Assembly (NCBI GenBank): GCA_032161105.1
Contig: JAVHTD010000023.1
Length of the DNA: 31,003 nucleotides
Origin: Candidatus Thermosaccharophagus tengchongensis
GTDB lineage: Bacteria; Armatimonadota; Fervidibacteria; Fervidibacterales; Thermosaccharophagaceae
Strand: one strand, 5' to 3'
Shown one piece after another: positions 1 to 9,149 of the stretch. A model generated the notes under the pieces. That model worked only from the letters and a program-made list of their open reading frames with translations. It was not told the origin of the DNA and searched no databases. Numbering within the stretch: position 1 is the first letter of the stretch; each line of letters begins with the position of its first letter. The position numbers were made by a program, and so were the translations under genes.

Positions 1-35
1 CACTGCTGAAATCTGGCTTACGGGTCTACGCCACC
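1..35 (+). ncRNA. Possible 3' tail of RNase P RNA (rnpB), truncated by the window edge
   Basis: GAAATCTGGCTTA-CG-GGTC-TACGCC-ACC parallels the E. coli rnpB end GAACCCGGCTTA-TC-GGTC-AGTTTC-ACC (P4 3' strand then P1 3' strand). No convincing CDS here, and a G:U-rich hairpin follows at about 61-87. The bases before GGCTTA deviate from the usual ACAGAA. Confidence 0.4.
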
Positions 36-230
36 CCCTGGCTTACGTGATGCCCCCATTGCCCGAATTTTATTTGGGGTTTGGGCCCGCTTGCGGCCAC
101 AACGCCAATTCCATTGCTAACTTAGTCACACGGTCATCCCGATGGCTTTGCCTCCACTTGCAGCACAGCTCCTTTGCCCTCCTTAGCAGCTTGCCCGTTG
201 GAGATGGCTTTGTGGGTGTTGGCTTCTTAA

Positions 231-3200
231 ATGCCCATCAGCTTTGCAACGACGCTACATTCATTGCAACATTTCAATTTGGAGCCATCCATGCCGAGTC
301 AAGCGAGTGAGTGCAAGATGCAGCGTGCCAATGAAACTGCTGCTGACGCCTTTATGACTTCAGAAGTTAAGGAGCTATCTTGTCGGCTCAAATTGCCCGA
401 CACCTCATGCCGCCCGTTGCTCGCATTGAGCCATAAGTGCGTCACGGAGTTGGATGAGGGCAAGCTAAAGCGGCTTTTCAAAGAGCCCGAGTGGGGTGGC
501 GTTATCATACGCTGTTATGAAACAGAACGGCTGCACGAACACCTGAAACCGGCACTTGAGATTGCCCGAAGGAGCGCTGGCGACATTTCGGTGTTTGCTT
601 GCGTGCGCATTGAGGCAATAGCTAATGCGCTCGGCGAGTGCTTTTGGGAACACGAAAGTTTGAGGATGTCAGCTCATGATGGTTGGAAGAAGCTGCTACC
701 GCAGGGTGGATATGCATTTTCCCTATCGGTAGCCAGCCCATCGCATTGCATCACTCTGTGCACGCCGAACGCCCAATTGGATGAGCGCCTTTCACTCCCG
801 ACGGGCGAATACGAATTCCACATATGGCGCAAGCGCTGTGCAGATTCCGAAAGGCGATTTGCTCCAGATGCATTTGAGCGCAAAGAGCAGTTGATGTCGT
901 TCCTTGCGCCATTAAAACGGTTGGCAGATGGTTTGGTCGTTGATTGTTCAACCTTGGTCATGTCACGCCGCTTCGGCAGAGGGCGTATCTTCGTAAGGCG
1001 AATGCTTGAAAGCGTCTTTGAGGAATCGCTTAGCCAAGCGGCGGTTGAATGCGGTGCGTCTGAAGCTGCTATCCTGCGCTCGGTTTGCTACGACCCGTCA
1101 CTTGATGCCGACAGAATGCGCCTCAGCTTCTGGAGGTGGGTGGCGCAGGCTTATCGCAGGTTGTTCATCCTGCCAATGATGGATGCGCTCAATGAACTCA
1201 ACATGCGCTTTGCCATTGACTGCAGCGGTTGGCGCAACACGCTTTCTCCATTCCTCGCCTTCGGTGACATCGGGCAGGCGCTGAGGTATGAGCCGGTCAT
1301 CACATCTCATGACATGCTGCCGATGTTCATTGTGAGCTGCAACAGCATCACTCTGCGCCTCCTGAGGGCGCTGCTCGGCGGGGGTTGGATTGTGGCAGCC
1401 CAAACATCACCAGAAGAGGGCGATGAATTGAAGGCGGCTTTCACCGCTGCCAAGCATGGTGCAAGTGCATTTGTGAGCGATGTGTTTTTCAGTTCGGCGC
1501 TGCCGGAGTGGCTGCTGGCATCAACTTGCGCGAGCGCGCATTGGTGGTTTGCATCGCGCAGGGCAATTAACATGGACATTGCAAGGATGCTCTGCATTAG
1601 CAAGGTTGGGTTTGAGCATTCTCCCGCAGCTGTCGTCATTTCGGTGCGCCACATGCTATCAAAGCTCTGCATGACGAGGGTGCGCGACGAAGCCGCAAAC
1701 ATGATTTCGGCTTGGTCCGAACTGCTTGACCTGCTTGAGCGCTTCCACTTGAGCTGCAATTGGATCACTGATGATGATTTAGCGAGCGCAACCATCGTTG
1801 AGCGGTTGCCGCTACAGGTTGCGTTAGTTTCGGTTGAGCGCTCCGGATTGCGAGTCGGGAATGAGTATCACACGACTGTGCTGCTCCCGACGCCGAGCGG
1901 GCTTTCAAAGGCTGCATGGATGGTGCTCTCACAACTGCACGAAGCCGGCGGGAGCATTTTCTTGGTCGGGGCACCACCACCGTCATCTGAGGTCATTCCG
2001 GAGACGGGCTTGCTCAAGTGGGTGCAGTCGTGCTCACGAAGCTATGAGGCGAGGTTTATCTACGCAAGCGAACTTGACATGCCGCTTGATGACCTGAGCC
2101 CTGTGACATACCAAAGCGCAACCGGCGGTTGCCTCGGCATGTTTGACTGGCGCATTTGTCCCGATAGAACGGAAGGGGCGTTAATGCTGCATCGCATGCT
2201 CACGCTGTCCATCCGCCCGATGGCTGAGACACATCACCCGTGCATAAAACTCATGCTCAGATGGCTCATGGAAACGCCCATCGTGCTCGCATTGAATGAT
2301 TCGGATGAGTTAGCCGAGTTTCATGTCCGCATCAGGTGTGTTGGGAGAGCGGCAATTTGGCTCGCTGGGCAGGGCGGATATCCGGAGCGGTATTTGCACT
2401 ACGCCATCGTTGAGGACGAGACCGATGCCTGCGGTGCAATGTGCACGCTCATCCCTCTCAAGCTCCCGCCGGGGCAGTGGTGCGTCCTTTCAATACCGCC
2501 TGGTGTTGAAACGCACATCGGCGCTTCAAACTTCCATGTCACCGATGTGAGCGTCACCGATGAGATGGCTCACATCAAGGGCTACGCGAGGAGACCCAAC
2601 CTGCAAGCCACAATTTGCGTTGGGAGAAAGGCGCTTGAGTTTGACGCACATGCAGAATGCGTCCCGGAGGATGAGGCAAAGCTTGACGGTGTCGTTAGGG
2701 TCACCGGAGGGCGATTTGAAGCCGTATGCGTTGGTGAATTGAGCTTCACTTCGTGGAGGGCATCATTTCGTTTCCCATGGTCGTTGATTCACCGTCGCAC
2801 ATCGTGGCACACCATGTCCGGTGCGGAACGCTCAATGCGCATGGAGCATGGGGAGCGCTTCAGTGAGGTGCAACTTCGCTTGGATGTCGTGCGCCCTCCA
2901 TATTGTAAGGGGTTGAGGTTGAAACTCCAAAGCATGCCGGAGGAGTGGCTTGCCATCGCAATTGACGGGAAAATGGTCGCAGCGAATGCCGATGCGGATT
3001 TGAGACGCCTGAAGCGCCTGAGGCTTATTGAGCCGGAAAGCGGGTGCAAATTCATCAGCGGATGCGATACCGATTGGTTGAGCATTGAATGGCAATCCGA
3101 TAGGCATGAGCTCGTCCTGTGGACGACCATTCCCGAGGGTGGAGAAGTTAAGCTTCCGCATGTCTATGTGCTGCTTGAATTGAACTGCGAAGATCCCTCG

Positions 3201-3566
3201 CTGTTTGATGGCGCGATGCTTGTGCTCAACTCAATGAGCAATTGCAGGCGTTTGCATTTGATGCGCTGCTGTGAATGCCTTTTGAGCATCTTGCCGCCTC
3301 CGGATGTGAGCGAGTTGTTGTTGATGTTTGATTCACTGTGGGACAGCTCAACCTTGATCGGGAGCATTGGTGATGAGGTGATTGCTTCATCGCTGCGCCA
3401 CTTGCGCATTAAGCTCACATGTGATGGTGAAAGGTTATTGAGGGTGCAGGTTGGCGAGTTTTTGGCTGGCAAGCCGGATGAGGGAGCTAAGGCTCAGCTA
3501 ACGCCTTTGAGGTGGCGCGTTGCCTTCGGCGTCAACGCCGTGGCGAAAGTGAGGGTTGTGCAATGA
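231..3566 (+). CDS. Large hypothetical protein, distantly GH106/alpha-L-rhamnosidase-like multidomain architecture, possibly non-catalytic; true start may be somewhat downstream
   Basis: 1111-aa ORF coupled to the next gene by an ATGA overlap. RLSFWRWVAQAYRRLFILP resembles the GH106 barrel segment, and VLLPTPSGLSKAAWMVLSQLHEAGGSIFLVGAPP resembles the GATase-like middle domain. C-terminus is beta-rich. The CDS is confident; the family call is weak. Confidence 0.6.
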   Translation: MPISFATTLHSLQHFNLEPSMPSQASECKMQRANETAADAFMTSEVKELSCRLKLPDTSCRPLLALSHKCVTELDEGKLKRLFKEPEWGGVIIRCYETERLHEHLKPALEIARRSAGDISVFACVRIEAIANALGECFWEHESLRMSAHDGWKKLLPQGGYAFSLSVASPSHCITLCTPNAQLDERLSLPTGEYEFHIWRKRCADSERRFAPDAFERKEQLMSFLAPLKRLADGLVVDCSTLVMSRRFGRGRIFVRRMLESVFEESLSQAAVECGASEAAILRSVCYDPSLDADRMRLSFWRWVAQAYRRLFILPMMDALNELNMRFAIDCSGWRNTLSPFLAFGDIGQALRYEPVITSHDMLPMFIVSCNSITLRLLRALLGGGWIVAAQTSPEEGDELKAAFTAAKHGASAFVSDVFFSSALPEWLLASTCASAHWWFASRRAINMDIARMLCISKVGFEHSPAAVVISVRHMLSKLCMTRVRDEAANMISAWSELLDLLERFHLSCNWITDDDLASATIVERLPLQVALVSVERSGLRVGNEYHTTVLLPTPSGLSKAAWMVLSQLHEAGGSIFLVGAPPPSSEVIPETGLLKWVQSCSRSYEARFIYASELDMPLDDLSPVTYQSATGGCLGMFDWRICPDRTEGALMLHRMLTLSIRPMAETHHPCIKLMLRWLMETPIVLALNDSDELAEFHVRIRCVGRAAIWLAGQGGYPERYLHYAIVEDETDACGAMCTLIPLKLPPGQWCVLSIPPGVETHIGASNFHVTDVSVTDEMAHIKGYARRPNLQATICVGRKALEFDAHAECVPEDEAKLDGVVRVTGGRFEAVCVGELSFTSWRASFRFPWSLIHRRTSWHTMSGAERSMRMEHGERFSEVQLRLDVVRPPYCKGLRLKLQSMPEEWLAIAIDGKMVAANADADLRRLKRLRLIEPESGCKFISGCDTDWLSIEWQSDRHELVLWTTIPEGGEVKLPHVYVLLELNCEDPSLFDGAMLVLNSMSNCRRLHLMRCCECLLSILPPPDVSELLLMFDSLWDSSTLIGSIGDEVIASSLRHLRIKLTCDGERLLRVQVGEFLAGKPDEGAKAQLTPLRWRVAFGVNAVAKVRVVQ

Positions 3567-4546
3567 GCGCATTGAAAGCGGCGGTAATAGGTGCTCGCGG
3601 CATAGGGAAACATCACGCAAAGTGGTATGCTCTGTGCGGTTGTGAAGTTGTCGCAATCGTTGGGGCTAATGAAGCGCGCCTCGGTGAGACAGCGAAGATG
3701 CTACATCGTCTGTTTGGCTTTAACGGGAGGACATACACCGATTGCGCCGAGATGCTGCGCATGGAACGCCCTGATGCTGTTTCGGTGTGCACACCGCACA
3801 ACCTGCATTACGAGCATGTAATGCTCGCTTTATCTCACGGGGCACATGTGATGTGCGAAAAGCCAATCGTGTGGGATGAGAGGTTAAGCCACGATGAGCT
3901 TCTCCTACTGGCTCATAGGATGTCGGAGGAAGCGGAGGCTCGCAAACTGCTGTTAGCCGTGAACACACAGTATGCTGCCCTTGCCGAATGCTTGCGAGAA
4001 TTTTTCTCGGAATTGCACGGTGCTTGGAAGATGCCGGCTTCCTTTGAAATGCATATGGAAGCGAAGAGCATTGGGCGCGACGAAGCCGGCATGGGGCTTT
4101 GGATGGATTTGAGCGCCCACCCAATAAGCGTGCTGCTGCGCCTCTTTCCGGAGCACGAGATTGACGAAAGCAAGGTTGAGGCTATTGAGGTCAACAACTG
4201 CATCAGGGTGCGCTTTGAATTGCGAAAGCGCGATGCCATTGGCGAACCGATCAAGTGCCAGCTGACATTGCGGCGTGTCAGCGGGGACATTCAAAGGTTC
4301 GTTAGGTTAAATGGATTCACCGTCACCATCAGTGGAAGGGATGACGAGATGGGGATATATCGCTCCCGCCTCTCCCTCGGAGATGTTGAGCGCCTCTACG
4401 AGGACTTTATGCACACCTCAATACGCAGGTTCGTTGAAGCAATTAAGGGTGTCGGGCAGCCGCTCTGCACCGCTGGCGAGGGGATAAAGAACCTTGAATG
4501 GCAGTTAAGGCTCTCACGCCACATCTTTGGGGTTGATGCTGGATGA
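3563..4546 (+). CDS. Gfo/Idh/MocA family NAD(P)-dependent oxidoreductase
   Basis: Rossmann motif AAVIGARGIG, DAVSVCTPHNLH, HVMCEKP, and MDLSAHPI (DxxxH). Start ATG 3563 overlaps the upstream stop (ATGA). Confidence 0.93.
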   Translation: MSALKAAVIGARGIGKHHAKWYALCGCEVVAIVGANEARLGETAKMLHRLFGFNGRTYTDCAEMLRMERPDAVSVCTPHNLHYEHVMLALSHGAHVMCEKPIVWDERLSHDELLLLAHRMSEEAEARKLLLAVNTQYAALAECLREFFSELHGAWKMPASFEMHMEAKSIGRDEAGMGLWMDLSAHPISVLLRLFPEHEIDESKVEAIEVNNCIRVRFELRKRDAIGEPIKCQLTLRRVSGDIQRFVRLNGFTVTISGRDDEMGIYRSRLSLGDVERLYEDFMHTSIRRFVEAIKGVGQPLCTAGEGIKNLEWQLRLSRHIFGVDAG

Positions 4547-4782
4547 GCGAGACGAAGGAAATGGAGCAGGAAGAGTTGGTGGAAGTTTATCGTGGGCTTT
4601 ACATGGATGTCCTTGTTGTGCGTTCGTTGCTTGAATCATCGGGCATACAATGCATCGTCAAATCGCATGCCGCATTCAGCGTTCACACATTCACCGTGGA
4701 TGGCTTGGCGGAGGCGTGGATACTCGTCCGGAAAAGTGAAGCGGAGACGGCTTTGCAGCTGCTATCGCAGCATGGCAAGTAA
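4543..4782 (+). CDS. DUF2007 family small putative signal-transducing protein
   Basis: 79 aa with LVEVY...VVRSLLESSGI.C...ILVRKSEAETALQLL, the DUF2007 pattern; ATGA overlap with the upstream gene. Confidence 0.85.
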   Translation: MSETKEMEQEELVEVYRGLYMDVLVVRSLLESSGIQCIVKSHAAFSVHTFTVDGLAEAWILVRKSEAETALQLLSQHGK

Positions 4783-4822
4783 ATGCAGCAGTGAGATGGA
4801 AAATCAATCCCTCGCCTTAACC

Positions 4823-5518
4823 TCACCTTAGAGCGACCGAAACGGCGAGCACCGACAATGCAAAGCATGCCAGAATTAACCATTCAACCGGCTTGGGGCG
4901 CTCTGCGCTTAAAGACCTGAATTCGCCGTTGAAGCCGCGCGAGAGCATTGCCGTGAAGATTCTGTCAGCGCGCTCATGTGCGCGCAACAAGAGCGCTCCA
5001 ACGAGCATGCCGACATATCTTGCATCCTTCAAGGATAGCCTTCTTGGGCAGCGGCTTAAAAACGCCTGTTGCATGCGCCTTGCCTCCTCACCGAGCACAT
5101 AGGTATAGCGGTAAAGCAGCGCGAGCATCGTTACCATAAGGCTTGGCGTGCGCAGCATCCTCAACGCGCTCAGCAGCTCGGTGAATGGCGTCGTTAACGA
5201 GAGCCAAGTGGCAGCTGCAACGCAAAGTGTTGATTTGACGACAACTTGAATGAACCTCTCAACAGCCCCTCCGATGAGCAACCCGAGTGCGCACAGGATG
5301 ATAAACGGGACGATGGTAAGCAGCCTCTTAGCGAGAGCGCTTACTCTTACACCGCTGAGGGGAAGCAAAACCGCAATCAGAGCGCCAAGCGCAACCCATG
5401 CGGCGTATCCGCTTGCGGAAGATGCGAGCACGGCAACGATGTATGATAACGCCATCAGCAGTTTGATCTCGGCGTGAAGCCGTATCATGGGCTCTGCTGA
5501 AACACCGTTCACTGGCAT
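4823..5518 (-). CDS. ECF transporter transmembrane T component (EcfT, CbiQ/NikQ-like)
   Basis: Hydrophobic N-terminus; TTPFTELLSALRMLRTP, LLYRY...EEARRMQQAFLSR and RAHERADRIFTAMLSRGFNG (the two conserved xRx motifs). Confidence 0.92.
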   Translation of the reverse strand: MPVNGVSAEPMIRLHAEIKLLMALSYIVAVLASSASGYAAWVALGALIAVLLPLSGVRVSALAKRLLTIVPFIILCALGLLIGGAVERFIQVVVKSTLCVAAATWLSLTTPFTELLSALRMLRTPSLMVTMLALLYRYTYVLGEEARRMQQAFLSRCPRRLSLKDARYVGMLVGALLLRAHERADRIFTAMLSRGFNGEFRSLSAERPKPVEWLILACFALSVLAVSVALR

Positions 5519-5928
5519 CCCTCCCGAAGGAGTTGAAACAATTTCTCACCGCACGAGATTACCTTTCTCGCGGCGCCCTCGTCACCGAGCTCCTTTAACC
5601 ACTCCCGCATCTTGCCGATGGCATCCTCTCCGACAAGCATGCGCAGCTTCTCATTTGTATCGGTGTTCACGAAGTCAACGGCGATCTCGTCGGACGGAAC
5701 GAGCTCAATGTTCCCCTTCCCGTAGGTTGCGCCGGTTGAGATTTGAAGGCCGTCCACCATGCATGATTGCGGAGGCTTCGGTGGGCAGTGTATGGTGACT
5801 CGCACGCCGAAATATTTCCTCGCATTCAGAAGTTCCAATGCGTAACGCCCCATAAGCATGCCCAGAGCGAGGAATGGACCTAAGTGACCGTGAAATGATC
5901 TTGCAAACTCAAGCTCATTTTCGCTCAT
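5509..5928 (-). CDS. FmdE (formylmethanofuran dehydrogenase subunit E-like) family metal-binding protein
   Basis: FHGHLGPFLALG and SCMVDGLQISTGATYGKGNI motifs; AAGGAGG before ATG 5928; overlaps both neighbours. Confidence 0.92.
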   Translation of the reverse strand: MSENELEFARSFHGHLGPFLALGMLMGRYALELLNARKYFGVRVTIHCPPKPPQSCMVDGLQISTGATYGKGNIELVPSDEIAVDFVNTDTNEKLRMLVGEDAIGKMREWLKELGDEGAARKVISCGEKLFQLLREGCQ

Positions 5929-6436
5929 GCCATGCAACCCTCCTTGAATGCTCAATCAGCAGAACGATTGGTGGTGCTGCCACAATCTGCAGTATGATGC
6001 CGGGTGCCCCGGCGGCTATTGAGGCTGTCCCGAATACCCCCGGTGGGAGTTGTAGCAATGGCGCAATTGTGTATGCGAGAACGATGTCACAAAGGCACCG
6101 CGCAATGATGGCGCCTATAACGCATGCGAGCAAAGGCAAACAAAGCCGATGGCGAAGGAGTGACGCTGATGCACCGAGCGCCGGAAGTTCCACAGCCATG
6201 AGCAGTGCTGTAGGCATGGGCGGCATTCCGGTCAACAGCCACGATGCAAGCGGCGTGATGAAACCGCCACACGCAGCCACAATCGGTGAATGGGTGAGCA
6301 ACCCAAGCACCAGTATGGGAAGGTGCATTGGGAGGAAAAATTTTCCGAGCCCGATGGCGTGAAAAAGCATCGGCAACACAACGCCGACGGCACAAAATAG
6401 CCCACCTGTGACGACTTCCCTCGGCTCCGGACGCAT
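5915..6436 (-). CDS. ECF transporter substrate-binding S component
   Basis: About 173-aa multi-pass membrane protein with LPMLFH, FLPMHLPILV, ITPLAS.LLTGMPP, MAVEL and PGIILQI; GAGGTG RBS before ATG 6436. Confidence 0.88.
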   Translation of the reverse strand: MRPEPREVVTGGLFCAVGVVLPMLFHAIGLGKFFLPMHLPILVLGLLTHSPIVAACGGFITPLASWLLTGMPPMPTALLMAVELPALGASASLLRHRLCLPLLACVIGAIIARCLCDIVLAYTIAPLLQLPPGVFGTASIAAGAPGIILQIVAAPPIVLLIEHSRRVAWHERK

Positions 6437-6461
6437 CCGGATCACCTCTTAGCCTTGCCCT

Positions 6462-6490
6462 GTATCACATCAATTCGGAAATTGTAACAC
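6462..6490 (-). promoter_or_regulatory. Extended -10 promoter overlapped by a NikR-like operator candidate upstream of the ECF operon
   Basis: Plus strand GTATCAC-N15-GTAACAC; the minus strand reads TG-T-TACAAT (extended -10) across the GTAACAC half-site. The spacer is longer than in the 14205 site. Confidence 0.45.
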
Positions 6491-6737
6491 AAACTTTGAG
6501 GTTAACCCGCAGCAACATCGCTTCTGCTATGAGCCAAAGGTTGGCGACTCGGTTGGAACGCCAGTTGAATGCTTTTCGGCGCTAAGAGCTCATCGCCTGC
6601 AGGTCGCGCCATTTGGGCGCGTTTGACATGCAAATCATGCAAAGCACCGATGCGCACTCAGCATCATAATAAGCGTTTGAATTTGCGCTTCGGTGTCAGT
6701 GAGTTGCTATCGGCAAAATTCTGCAGCGGTGTGGTGA

Positions 6738-8348
6738 GTGAAGATGGGCTCAAAATATGGGGCATTTGTGAGCGCATGCACCGTTGCCATTCTCAATGTG
6801 TTGCTCTTCGCCGGCGGAGTGGCATCGGCTAAGGAGACCAAATCACCGGCGGTGAAGGAGCTTGAAGCCGGCTTGAGCGCATATCGCTCAAAGGATTACG
6901 ATACAGCCATTGAGAGATTCAAGGAAGCGCTCTCGTCCGATCCGAATTTGCTCTCAGCTCGCTTCTGGCTCGGCATGTGCCATTATCTCAAAGGCGACTT
7001 GAGCACCGCCGAAAGGCAATGGAAGATGGTGCTTTCCAAGAAGCCGAACTCAACCGAAACGAGAAAATGGCTTCAAAGGCTCCGTGCCGAGATGGCAAGG
7101 AAAAAGCTGCTCCCTGAAGGGTATGAGGAGGCTCTAAATGCATACAGGCAGAAGAGATACGAGGATGCTGCAAGACAGCTACAGTTGGTCGTGGATGCTA
7201 ACCCGAAGTTTTTGCCAGCGCTCTTCTGGCTCGGCGTGATGCATTTGCATCTCGGCAACACCGATGAGGCGCTTAAGGCATTCGCCGGCGTCCTCCAAAA
7301 GAAGCGCTCATCCGTTGAGACGATGGTCTGGCTCGGACGCCTTGAAGAAGAACTGGGAAGGTGGGAGGAAGCCCTCGGATGGTATCGTGGCGCATTGAAC
7401 ATCAATCCGAGGCACAAGGAGGCTCAAGAGCAGTATAAGCGTTTGCTCGGCATAGTGCTTGCGAAATATAAATCGGGTTTGAGCGCCCTTGCAAGGAGTG
7501 ACCGTGAGAGGGCACTTGAGGAGTTGAGCGAGATTGCGCCGAAGATGAGGTGGCGGTTTGACATCCAGTTTTGGTATGCGAGGGCGCTCATAGCTAACGG
7601 CAAATACGACGATGCGATAAAGCTGCTTTACAGCGTCCTGCAACACCGTCCCAATTGGACAAGTGCCATCTTCTGGCTTGCCGAAGCGCATCAAGGCATC
7701 GGCGATGTTGATGGGGCGGCATCAGTGCTCGCTATGGCATTGCGCACAAATCCAAACCAACCCGAGTTGAAGCGCAAGCTGATGCAACTCGCAAAGGAGT
7801 ATCCGCAGTCAGTTAAGTTGGAGGTTATAAGGCGGCATTCAAACAGCCCAAGCACGCTTGTGACATTTATTAACAGATGCCCCGATGAACTTGAAGTTCA
7901 ATTTGGCGAACACGAAATAAAGCTGCACAGCGGTGCGCAGCACACGATTGAAGTCTCTCCGGCGCTCTATCGGTATGTGGCAAAGCGGGCAAATGGATTG
8001 GCTGTCAGCGGTTCGTTGCTCATGCTCGGTTGGCATAGCTACACCGTTGAATTTGCTCCATATCCATCATCTGTTGCGCTCCTCAAAGTTCGCACCGATG
8101 TAACCGAATCGCTGAGCTCGCAGAAATTCACAAAGCTCGTGCTCACCAACGCTTCGGCATCTAAAGTCACTGTGAGGGTGGACTCACGCTTCATCACGCT
8201 CAAGCCGAAGAGGAGCACAACGATGCTCATTGAGCCGGGGAGTGTGAGCTACGCGATATGCGTTCACATTTCGGATGCTTTTACGCCGGGGGCAACCGGA
8301 GAAATGACATTGCCTGAGTGGCGCTCGCTGCACCTTACGATCAGGTGA
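6738..8348 (+). CDS. Secreted TPR-repeat protein with two C-terminal beta-sandwich-like domains
   Basis: Signal peptide ending ...GVASA; repeated TPR helices (ARFWLGMCHY, ALFWLGVMHL, MVWLGRL, IFWLAEAH); two similar C-terminal units (LVTFINRCPDELEV..., LVLTNASASKVTV...). Confidence 0.85.
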   Translation: MKMGSKYGAFVSACTVAILNVLLFAGGVASAKETKSPAVKELEAGLSAYRSKDYDTAIERFKEALSSDPNLLSARFWLGMCHYLKGDLSTAERQWKMVLSKKPNSTETRKWLQRLRAEMARKKLLPEGYEEALNAYRQKRYEDAARQLQLVVDANPKFLPALFWLGVMHLHLGNTDEALKAFAGVLQKKRSSVETMVWLGRLEEELGRWEEALGWYRGALNINPRHKEAQEQYKRLLGIVLAKYKSGLSALARSDRERALEELSEIAPKMRWRFDIQFWYARALIANGKYDDAIKLLYSVLQHRPNWTSAIFWLAEAHQGIGDVDGAASVLAMALRTNPNQPELKRKLMQLAKEYPQSVKLEVIRRHSNSPSTLVTFINRCPDELEVQFGEHEIKLHSGAQHTIEVSPALYRYVAKRANGLAVSGSLLMLGWHSYTVEFAPYPSSVALLKVRTDVTESLSSQKFTKLVLTNASASKVTVRVDSRFITLKPKRSTTMLIEPGSVSYAICVHISDAFTPGATGEMTLPEWRSLHLTIR

Positions 8349-8578
8349 GATTGAAGTCGCACCGTGATGTGCCGTTCAAGTTCACGCTGTCTCAACGGTT
8401 CGGTTTGTGGTGGTTGTATTGATCGGGTGCCATTTCCGGATCCGTCTAACTGAATGAATCCTCAATGGGTTGGGGCTGGTTGAGTTGGCTGCAGCTCGCG
8501 ATTCGGCTTTGGAGTTTTTGGCGCCACATGGGGTGGGATAAAGATGGCATCGGTGAGTTTTGTTGGGTGGTGTGAGAG

Positions 8579-9118
8579 ATGGCTCGCGTTGTCATCAAGA
8601 CAAGGTGGGGTTATGTCGGCATCGCGGCTACGCGCCTCGGAATCACAAGGGTTATTTTGCCGATGAGCTCAAGGGAGCATGTTGAGAAGTTGATAGGCGA
8701 TGCGCCCCATGATGGGAGTGAAGAAGCTCTGGCGTTGGCGCAAGAGGCGGCGCGAGCCCTGAGGAATTACTTTGACGGATTGCATGATGAAAGTTTGCGG
8801 CGTCTGCCGATTGACCTGCGATGCATAGGCAATGTGCACAGGCGGGCATTGCTTAAGGTGCGCGATGTGCACATTGGTGAGACAATAACTTATGGCGAGG
8901 TGGCTTCATCAATTGGGTTGCGCAATGGGGCAAGGGCGGTCGGAAGGGCGATGGCGCGCAATCCCGTTCCGATACTCATACCGTGCCATCGCGTTGTTCG
9001 CGCTGATGGCAGTGTTGGCGGTTTCAGTTTTGGAGTTGAGATGAAGATGAAGCTGTTGAGGCATGAGAGCAAAATGAAGTGCACGGGCAAGCGACACGAT
9101 GGGCATAAAGCGCATTGA
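8579..9118 (+). CDS. ogt: Methylated-DNA--protein-cysteine S-methyltransferase
   Basis: GETITYGEVA, ARAVGRAMARNP and active-site IPCHRVV. Confidence 0.95.
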   Translation: MARVVIKTRWGYVGIAATRLGITRVILPMSSREHVEKLIGDAPHDGSEEALALAQEAARALRNYFDGLHDESLRRLPIDLRCIGNVHRRALLKVRDVHIGETITYGEVASSIGLRNGARAVGRAMARNPVPILIPCHRVVRADGSVGGFSFGVEMKMKLLRHESKMKCTGKRHDGHKAH

Positions 9119-9149
9119 ATGTGTGGCACATCCCTTAGCCGATTGATGG

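Noticed and set aside
47..310. 87-aa ORF at the window start
   Set aside because: No recognisable motif or RBS; it overlaps a hairpin and the start of the large ORF.
6446..6740. Cobalamin or NiCo riboswitch upstream of the ECF operon
   Set aside because: The predicted -10 is only about 45 nt from the start codon, and no B12-box or NiCo consensus is visible.
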